Source: Candidatus Aldehydirespirator sp.
GTDB lineage: Bacteria > Actinomycetota > Acidimicrobiia > Acidimicrobiales > Aldehydirespiratoraceae
Direction: 5' to 3'
Length of the DNA: 64,000 nucleotides
NCBI GenBank assembly: GCA_965248735.1
Contig: OZ252146.1
Coordinates: 3,505,605 to 3,569,604 of the forward strand
The notes beneath the pieces were generated by a model, which was not told the origin of the DNA, did no database searches, and was given only the letters and a program-made list of their open reading frames with translations. Shown here one piece after another: positions 7,937-14,454 of this stretch (position 1 is its first letter; every line of letters begins with the position of its first letter). The position numbers and the translations under genes were made by a program.

Positions 7937-8793
7937 CGCCGCACTCCTGGACCGTCGGGAGTCACTACCGGCAGACCCCACTCCCCCACGTTCCAGTCGG
8001 CTTCGATCCAGGTGTGCTCGGCCATGAAACACGGCGGCGTGCGGCGATCGTCGTCCTGCAGTTCGCCCGCCAGATAGTTCAGGAAGTACATGTTGGAGCC
8101 AGGGCAGGCGACCGAGGTGTGGTAGCCCTTGGGAACGAGCGCCGCGTCGCCGTCGGATACGACCATGGCGTCGTCGTAGGACTCGTCGTGGCGCCAGTTG
8201 CGGTGGATGGCGTAGCCCTCGGGGCGGTCGAGGCGGAAGTAGTACACCTCCTCCAGGTACGGCGAGCCGTCGCGGCCGTCGTGGCAATGCGGGGGCCAAC
8301 CCGACCAGGTGCCCCGGGGCACGTACACCTCGTAGAGAATCAGGCGCTCCGCGGGCAGCGGATGGGCCAGCGAATGGACCACCTGCCGGTAGGCCTGACC
8401 GCCGCCCCGGATCTCGGTGCGCATCTCCGACGGCTCGAAGACCCGCACCGGATAGCGGCCCTCGGCCGGGGCCGAGCCGACCGACGCCTGCAACCCGGCC
8501 TCCGACTCGATCCGGAAGGGGGTTCCCGGCGGCAGGTACACGATCCGCGCCATCTCTTCGAAGACCGAACTGCGGCTCAACTCCACAAGCATCTCGTCGC
8601 CGACATGAACGCGTCCCTCGCCGGACAACGGCACTATCGCGGTCTCCCGATCAGCCGAGACGCCCGACCACGGCGCGTCCGCAGCCACCTCGACCACGCT
8701 GAACTCCACATAGTCCCAGCCGGCGGACTCAGGCGTCACATGCAGGATCCGGCCAGGCCCGTCAGCGGGCCGCAACAGGGACGAACTGGTCAT
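7933..8793 (-). CDS. iolB: 5-deoxy-glucuronate isomerase
   Basis: KduI/IolB-like sequence across the whole length. ATG 8793 is preceded by AAGGAGG. The track ORF extends to 8859, but that part has no RBS. Confidence 0.88.
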   Translation of the reverse strand: MTSSSLLRPADGPGRILHVTPESAGWDYVEFSVVEVAADAPWSGVSADRETAIVPLSGEGRVHVGDEMLVELSRSSVFEEMARIVYLPPGTPFRIESEAGLQASVGSAPAEGRYPVRVFEPSEMRTEIRGGGQAYRQVVHSLAHPLPAERLILYEVYVPRGTWSGWPPHCHDGRDGSPYLEEVYYFRLDRPEGYAIHRNWRHDESYDDAMVVSDGDAALVPKGYHTSVACPGSNMYFLNYLAGELQDDDRRTPPCFMAEHTWIEADWNVGEWGLPVVTPDGPGVRR

Positions 8794-8943
8794 CGTGATG
8801 CCTCCTTTGCCATGCGACCACACGAAATCAGTAGAGAAACCCGTCATATATCCGCACAAGTCGCACCGAGAATCTGCGAGGCCGCCCGCCGAAGTCGCAA
8901 CCGCGCTCGCAGCGGACCGCGAGACGAGACATCAGCGACGAGC

Positions 8944-9912
8944 TCACGCGGCGGCGAGCCTTCCAGTGGCCCGCTCCCGGCGGAACCGGATCAGCAGCTC
9001 CCGAATGCCGGGCGGCTCGTACCCGAGGACTTCCCTGGTGCGCCGCACGCTGAGACTGGTGTCATAGGGGATCGGGAAATCGCCCACCGCGCCCGCAGCC
9101 GATGTGTCGGGCGGTGTCGAGCTCAGCAGGGCCGGGTCGAGATCGAAGACGTCGCAGGCTATGCGGGCCAGCTCCATACGACCGGTCGACTCGGCCCCGC
9201 AGCAGTGGAAGACCCCGACGGCGGACTCGGCGGCCGCGATGCGCCACATCACCTCGGCGCACTCGCTGGCCAGCGACGGGGTAGCCGCCATGTTGATGTT
9301 GTCGGCCTCCCAGACCGCGAACTGCCGGCCGGCCTCCAGCGCGTCGACGATCGAAGTGACGAAGTAACCGAAGCCGCCGTCCTGCACCCGGGGCGTAGAG
9401 TCCCGCATCCGGTGCATACCGCTGACCGCCGACACCCGGGCCACCGCGGCCCGCCCGGCGCTCAGCATCGCGGCCTGCTCGCTGGCCATCTTGAGCACCC
9501 CGTAGAGATTCACCGGGTTGGGCGGCGTGTCCTCGTCGGCACCGGACTGGGTGCCGTCGAACACCCAGTCGGTGGACACCACGATGAGCTTGGCCCCGAC
9601 CTCGTCGGCCGCCCGGGCCAGAGTCTCGGTGGTGCCGACATAGCTGCGCCAGGCCAGGTCGCGGTCGGCGTACATGGCCGCGAAGTCGTTGAGGATCATC
9701 GAATGCACGATCACATTGGGTCCGAACGCGGCCACGCTGGCCCGCACGGCTCCGTCGTCGAGCAGGTCCAGGCGCTCCGTGGTGAACCCGCTCGATTCAG
9801 CGGGAACGAACCGGTGGACCGGGCAGTGCACGTCGGCTAGGTGGCGCTCGGCGAACACTTTGACAATGTTGGACCCGACGAAGCCGGTGCCTCCGGTCAC
9901 ATAGGCGCGCAC
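8944..9912 (-). CDS. NAD-dependent epimerase/dehydratase (RmlD-like sugar nucleotide-binding protein)
   Basis: N-terminal RAYVTGGTGFVGSNIV Rossmann motif and extended-SDR layout. GTG start. Confidence 0.8.
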   Translation of the reverse strand: MRAYVTGGTGFVGSNIVKVFAERHLADVHCPVHRFVPAESSGFTTERLDLLDDGAVRASVAAFGPNVIVHSMILNDFAAMYADRDLAWRSYVGTTETLARAADEVGAKLIVVSTDWVFDGTQSGADEDTPPNPVNLYGVLKMASEQAAMLSAGRAAVARVSAVSGMHRMRDSTPRVQDGGFGYFVTSIVDALEAGRQFAVWEADNINMAATPSLASECAEVMWRIAAAESAVGVFHCCGAESTGRMELARIACDVFDLDPALLSSTPPDTSAAGAVGDFPIPYDTSLSVRRTREVLGYEPPGIRELLIRFRRERATGRLAAA

Positions 9913-9939
9913 AGCGGCATCTCCCCAGTGGCCATCACC

Positions 9940-10068
9940 GAATTGGCAGTGTTGTGCTCACATACCGTGCAACACACTGCCAATTCCAATCTGCACCCGC
10001 CTGGATCACCCCGTTCGAACCGAACTGGCAGCATTCTGCTCGCAAACCGTGCAACACACTGCCGATTC
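9940..10068 (-). promoter_or_regulatory. two tandem 47-nt inverted-repeat elements between iolG and the epimerase gene
   Basis: 9940-9986 is gaattggcagtgttgtgc-tcacatacc-gtgcaacacactgccaattc. 10022-10068 is gaactggcagcattctgc-tcgcaaacc-gtgcaacacactgccgattc. The right arms are near identical. No U-tract follows. Confidence 0.5.
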
Positions 10069-10099
10069 GCTCGGCGGGAGCAGGCGGGTCGCATCTCTC

Positions 10100-11110
10100 T
10101 CAGCCGATCTCTGAGATGGCCACCGGGCGGCCCTCTCGGACCGAAGCCCACGCGGCCAGACCCATCACCAGCGGGGCGCGCCCGTCGGCCAAACTCACCG
10201 GCGACGGCGCGCCGTTCACCATGGCAACGAAGGCGTCCCACTCGGCCAGATACGACGCGGTGTAGCGCTCCAGGAAGAAGTACGGCAGCGGCGGCCCGTG
10301 GGACCCTTCCGGCCCCCAGTAGAGCGCGGTTGCCGCGGGCGGGTTCTGGGAGGTGGCCATGCCGCCCGAGCCGAACGCCTCCACCCGCTGGTCGTAGCCG
10401 TAGACGGCCCGGCGGCTGTTGTCGATGGTGGTGATGGCGCCGTTGGCATGGGTCACGACCACCACGACGGTGTCGAGGTCGCCGGCCTCGCCTATGGCCG
10501 GATCTACCCGCACCGCGCCGGTTGCGTATACCTCGACCGCCTCGCTGCCGATGACGAACCGAGCCATGTCGAAGTCGTGGATCGTCATGTCGCAGAAGAT
10601 CCCGCCGGACACCTCAATGTAGGCGATGGGCGGCGGGTCGGGGTCGCGGCTGGAGATGCGTACCAGGTGCACGTCGCCCACGTCGCCGGCGGCCACCCGG
10701 TCGCGCACATGGCGGTGGGCCGCGTCGAAGCGGCGGTTGAAGCCCACCTGCACCGCGATCCCGGCCTCGGTCGCCGCCCCGATGCCCCGGTCCACCTCGG
10801 CCAGGTCCAGAGACAGCGGCTTCTCGACGAAGGCAGGCTTGCCCGCGGCCGCGACCTCCACCAACAGGTCCATGTGGGTGTCGGTGGAGCTGCAGATGGC
10901 CACGGCGTCCACGTCGTCAGCCTCGATCAGCTCAGTTGCACTGGACGCCCGCCGGGCGCCGAAGGTCTCCGCGACCGAGATGGCCATGTCGGCAGCAACG
11001 TCGTAGACAGCGGCAAGGGCCGTGCCCGGGACCCTGCGAGCGACCAGGTCGGCGTGCATGGAGCCGATACGCCCACACCCGAGCAGCCCGATGCGCACTC
11101 GTTCACTCAC
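10100..11110 (-). CDS. iolG: Gfo/Idh/MocA oxidoreductase, probable myo-inositol 2-dehydrogenase
   Basis: N-terminal IGLLGCGRIGSMHA and the AFVEKPLS (EKP) motif. GTG 11110 is preceded by GGAGAGGGGAG. iol operon context. Confidence 0.8.
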   Translation of the reverse strand: MSERVRIGLLGCGRIGSMHADLVARRVPGTALAAVYDVAADMAISVAETFGARRASSATELIEADDVDAVAICSSTDTHMDLLVEVAAAGKPAFVEKPLSLDLAEVDRGIGAATEAGIAVQVGFNRRFDAAHRHVRDRVAAGDVGDVHLVRISSRDPDPPPIAYIEVSGGIFCDMTIHDFDMARFVIGSEAVEVYATGAVRVDPAIGEAGDLDTVVVVVTHANGAITTIDNSRRAVYGYDQRVEAFGSGGMATSQNPPAATALYWGPEGSHGPPLPYFFLERYTASYLAEWDAFVAMVNGAPSPVSLADGRAPLVMGLAAWASVREGRPVAISEIG

Positions 11111-11760
11111 CGCGCCGTGCTCCCCTCTCCAGCTCCCCGCAACCAGCCCGACCCGAAGGAGCACTCACCGCGCCGCCTCCCATGGCCCGGATCGTTGTCG
11201 ATCGGCCAGCCTGCATCGCGGCCGGCGCGCTCACCGCGCCTCGGCCTGCTGGCGGGGCGCGAGGAGCGACACCAGCCGGCCGTTACGCCGTCCACGTCGT
11301 AGACCTGCATCGCGGCCGGCGCGCTCACCGCGCCTCCGCCCCTCACGGCCACGGCCACGCCGTCCACGTCGTAGACCTGCATCGCGGCCGGCGCGCTCAC
11401 CGCGCCTCCGCCCCTCACGGCCACGGCCACGCCGTCCACGTCGTAGACCTGCATCGCGGCCGGCGCGCTCACCGCGCCTCCGCCCCTCACGGCCACGGCC
11501 ACGCCGTCCACGTCGTAGACCTGCATCGCGGCCGGCGCGCTCACCGCGCCTCCGCCCCTCACGGCCACGGCCACGCCGTCCACGTCGTAGACCTGCATCG
11601 CGGCCGGCGCGCTCACCGCGGTTCCGCCCCTCACGGCCACGGCCACGCCGTCCACGTCGTAGACCTGCATCGCGGCCGGCGCGCTCACCGCGGTTCCGCC
11701 CCTCACGGCCACGGCCACGCCGTCCACGTCGTAGACCTGCATCGCGGCCGGCGCGCTCAC
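11107..11760 (-). repeat. 72-bp tandem repeat (6 intact copies plus about 218 nt of decayed copies) forming one 217-codon bridging ORF
   Basis: The gctcaccgcg junction motif recurs at 11325, 11397, 11469, 11541, 11613, 11685 and 11757. There are two unit variants (gcctccgcc and ggttccgcc). GTG 11760 overlaps the desaturase TGA. The open frame ends with TGA 11109-11107, which overlaps the iolG GTG 11110. Confidence 0.95.
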
Positions 11761-13214
11761 CGCGGTTCCGCCTGCTGGCGAGGAGCGAGGCGCGACACCA
11801 CCCGCCCGTTGCGCACGGCCACGTCGTAGAGGGTGATCGGCTCCGTCGCCGGGAAGCGCAGGGCCTCCCCGGTGCGCAGGTCGAAGCAGCCGCTGTGCTT
11901 GGGGCACTCGATCATGCCGTCGAGCACGGCTGCCTCGGCGAGGTGGGCCCTCCCGTGGGTGCACAGCCCGTCACTCAGCACGAATTCCGCGGTGGGCTCA
12001 ACGCCCCCGGTCTCGGCATCGACCTCGACCCGGTACAGGGCATAGGTGCTGTCACCGTGGTCCACCCGGCGCGCCGATCCGGGGCTCAGACCCTCGGCCG
12101 CGCCGAGGTCGACCAGCCCGTCGTGCACCTCCCCGGCCCACGCGGTGACCCCCGTGTCCACGAACGACCGCTCCTCGCCGGCGACCTCGGGCACGTCGGG
12201 ACGGGGCTCGTCATAGGACGGGTCGCGCCACTGGCGGCGCAGCGTCGCCAAGATCCGCCGGTAGGCGGTCAGCGTGGACGGATCCGGCGGGGCCAGATAC
12301 TCCTTGATCTCGGCATGGAGCGCCGGCAGCGCGTAGTAGGGCACCGTCGGGAAGATGTGATGCTCGACGTGATAGTTCATGTTGGAGTACAGGAACCTGA
12401 GCACCGGGTTCATGTACACCGTGCGGGAGTTGAGGCGATGGTCGAGCACGTCCTCTCGCAGACCCGCATGCTGCGTGACCGCGAAGAACACCATGAGCCA
12501 GGCCCCGTAGACCGTCGGCAGCCCGATGTACAGTGCCGGCACGATCGAGCCGATGGCCACGCACCACACCGCGGTGCCGGCCAGGACGGCGATGTAGGCC
12601 CGCGACTCCCACTTGAGCTTGCCCAACTCGTCGGCGGGGATAAAGTCCCGGGCGTCGTCGTCGATGCGTCCCGCGGCGTGCTTGAGGGTGCGCCACATAG
12701 CCCGGGGGACGTTCAGCACCGGCACGAACACGCCCAGCACGGCCCGCGGTGACGAGGGACGCGAGAACACGATCTCGGGGTCGCGCCCCACGACGATGGT
12801 GTCGGTGTGATGGCGCACATGCGACCAGCGCCACAGGGTGGGCTGGCGCAGCAGCATGAACGACGCGATGTAGTAGACGACATCGTTGAGCCACTTGGCC
12901 CGGAACGCGGTGCCGTGCCCGCACTCGTGCCAGCGGGAGTCGCCGGCGCCGCCGTAGAGGGCACCGTAGGCCATGAACGCCGGCACCGCCCACCACGAGC
13001 CCAGCGCGCGGAAGGCGAGATAGCCGAAGACGGCCAGCAGACCGAGCCACATGATCGTGTCGCGGGCCGCCCGGGCGTTCGTGCGGACCTGCAGAGCCCG
13101 CAGCCGCTCGGCGTCGATGGGCGGGCGGAACCACTCGGCCTCAATCAGGCCGAGATCCACCGCCCGCCGCGAGTCCGCTCCGGTCAGGCCGTAGTCGCGA
13201 ACGGTCGCGGTCAC
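11757..13214 (-). CDS. membrane fatty-acid-desaturase/hydroxylase-family di-iron protein fused to a C-terminal Rieske [2Fe-2S] domain (MocD+MocE-like)
   Basis: His boxes HECGH, HVRHH and HVEHH lie in a polytopic N-terminal part. C-terminal CTHGRAHLAEAAVLDGMIECPKH fits the Rieske pattern (CxH-16-CxxH). Confidence 0.85.
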   Translation of the reverse strand: MTATVRDYGLTGADSRRAVDLGLIEAEWFRPPIDAERLRALQVRTNARAARDTIMWLGLLAVFGYLAFRALGSWWAVPAFMAYGALYGGAGDSRWHECGHGTAFRAKWLNDVVYYIASFMLLRQPTLWRWSHVRHHTDTIVVGRDPEIVFSRPSSPRAVLGVFVPVLNVPRAMWRTLKHAAGRIDDDARDFIPADELGKLKWESRAYIAVLAGTAVWCVAIGSIVPALYIGLPTVYGAWLMVFFAVTQHAGLREDVLDHRLNSRTVYMNPVLRFLYSNMNYHVEHHIFPTVPYYALPALHAEIKEYLAPPDPSTLTAYRRILATLRRQWRDPSYDEPRPDVPEVAGEERSFVDTGVTAWAGEVHDGLVDLGAAEGLSPGSARRVDHGDSTYALYRVEVDAETGGVEPTAEFVLSDGLCTHGRAHLAEAAVLDGMIECPKHSGCFDLRTGEALRFPATEPITLYDVAVRNGRVVSRLAPRQQAEPR

Positions 13215-13291
13215 TGCGGCATCTCCGCGGTCAACAGTTCCGGGCCCGATTCCGGTCCGGGGAGGCCGTAGTCGCGCACGATCGTCCTCAT
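13211..13291 (-). other. 26-codon relay ORF made of a copy of the desaturase head plus the SDR tail
   Basis: ATG 13291 overlaps the SDR TGA (ATGA). TGA 13213-13211 overlaps the desaturase GTG 13214 (GTGA). The peptide is MRTIVRDYGLPGPESGPELLTAEMPQ; compare the desaturase head MTATVRDYGLTGADS and the SDR tail PGPELGPRPAESGTQP. Confidence 0.5.
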
Positions 13292-14142
13292 GGCTGCGTT
13301 CCCGACTCAGCCGGCCGCGGACCCAGTTCCGGTCCGGGGAACACAGAGTCGCCCGCGCCCAGCACGGTCTGGTCCCACTCCACCACCGCGCCGGTCATCA
13401 TCCCCGACTCGGCCGTGGCCAGATGCACGATCGTGCGGGCGATCTCGGAGGGCTTGATCAGCCGGCCGAAGGGCATCTCGGCCTCGGCCCGCTCCAGCCA
13501 TCCGTCGGTGGCGCCGCCGAAGGTCCGCTGCACGATGTCCTCGGCGGGGGTGTCCATCCATCCCGGGCACAGCAGGTTCACGCGGATCCGGTGGCGCATC
13601 AGCGCGAAAGCCAGGTTGCGGGTCATCGCCACCAGCGCCCCCTTGGAGGTGGCATAGGGCAGCAGCTTCGGCGGGCCTCCCCGACCGGCGATCGAGCCGA
13701 TCAGCACGATGGTGCCCTCGACGGACTCTCGGGCCATGATCCGGGCCACCCCTTGGCTGAGCAGGCCCGGCGCCTTCACGTTGACGGCCAGCATGGCGTC
13801 CCACAGCTCGGGCGTGGCGTCCCACACCGAGCCCCGGTCGGTGACGGCCGCGCAGTTGACGAAGCTGTGGCAGGTGCCGAATCTCTCGTCCAGGGCCACG
13901 ATCACCGTCTCGCAGGCATCGGGATGGGCAAGGTCAGCGGCCACGAACTCCGCCCGGCATTCAGGCGTTCGCAGCGAGGCCGCGGCAGCCTCTCCCTTGG
14001 CCCGGTCCCGACCGACCAGCATGAGCCCGGCCGCCCCCTCCGACACCAATCGCTGGGCCACCGCGTAGCCAAGACCCTGGGAGCCGCCGGTGACCAGCGC
14101 GATTCCACGGCTGAACGAACCAAGAGGACGCGGCTCGGTCAT
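13288..14142 (-). CDS. short-chain dehydrogenase/reductase (SDR)
   Basis: ALVTGGSQGLGYA cofactor motif and classical SDR length. ATG 14142 chosen because everything upstream is the 35-bp repeat. Confidence 0.85.
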   Translation of the reverse strand: MTEPRPLGSFSRGIALVTGGSQGLGYAVAQRLVSEGAAGLMLVGRDRAKGEAAAASLRTPECRAEFVAADLAHPDACETVIVALDERFGTCHSFVNCAAVTDRGSVWDATPELWDAMLAVNVKAPGLLSQGVARIMARESVEGTIVLIGSIAGRGGPPKLLPYATSKGALVAMTRNLAFALMRHRIRVNLLCPGWMDTPAEDIVQRTFGGATDGWLERAEAEMPFGRLIKPSEIARTIVHLATAESGMMTGAVVEWDQTVLGAGDSVFPGPELGPRPAESGTQP

Positions 14143-14425
14143 GCGGCCGCGGTCCCAACCCCGGCAGGCTCGGTCATGCGGCCGCGGTCCCAACCCCGGC
14201 AGGCTCGGTCATGCGGCCGCGGTCCCAACCCCGGCAGGCTCGGTCATGCGGCCGCGGTCCCAACCCCGGCAGGCTCGGTCATGCGGCCGCGGTCCCAACC
14301 CCGGCAGGCTCGGTCATGCGGCCGCGGGTCCCAACCCCGGCAGGCTCGGTCATGCGGCCGCGGTCCCAACCCCGGCAGGCTCGGTCATGCGGCCGCGGTC
14401 CCAACCCCGGCAGGCTCGGTCACCG
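14132..14425 (-). repeat. 35-bp tandem repeat (8 intervals, one of 36) encoding a chain of 7 relay mini-ORFs upstream of the SDR gene
   Basis: Minus-strand unit ATGACCGAGCCTGCCGGGGTTGGGACCGCGGCCGC. Start codons at 14423 (GTG), 14388, 14353, 14317, 14282, 14247, 14212, 14177 and 14142 (SDR). Each 12-aa ORF MTEPAGVGTAAA ends in an ATGA shared with the next start. Confidence 0.95.
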
Positions 14426-14454
14426 ACCCGCGCACCCAGCTCCGCACGACACGG

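Noticed and set aside
8828-8947. 39-aa ORF starting with a GTGA overlap on the epimerase stop
   Set aside because: It ends 35 nt before the iolB start and shows no similarity to either flank. An NTGA start at a stop codon is expected by chance about half the time, so it is not counted among the junction-duplication loci.
6126-9840. Plus-strand ORFs 6126..8027 (633 aa) and 7810..9840 (676 aa)
   Set aside because: They overlap well-supported minus-strand genes (membrane paralog, aldolase, iolB, epimerase) and translate to Arg/Pro/Gly-rich nonsense. The only meaningful part is the short dehydrogenase remnant at 6800-6960.
11022-12752. 576-aa plus-strand ORF with RPRRPRRRPASRPARSPR repeats
   Set aside because: It is the reverse strand of the 72-bp repeat read through into the antisense of the desaturase gene. 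No independent support.
14132-14425. CRISPR array (also considered for 11325-11760)
   Set aside because: The units are contiguous with no unique spacers, no cas genes are nearby, and the units are copies of the flanking gene ends.
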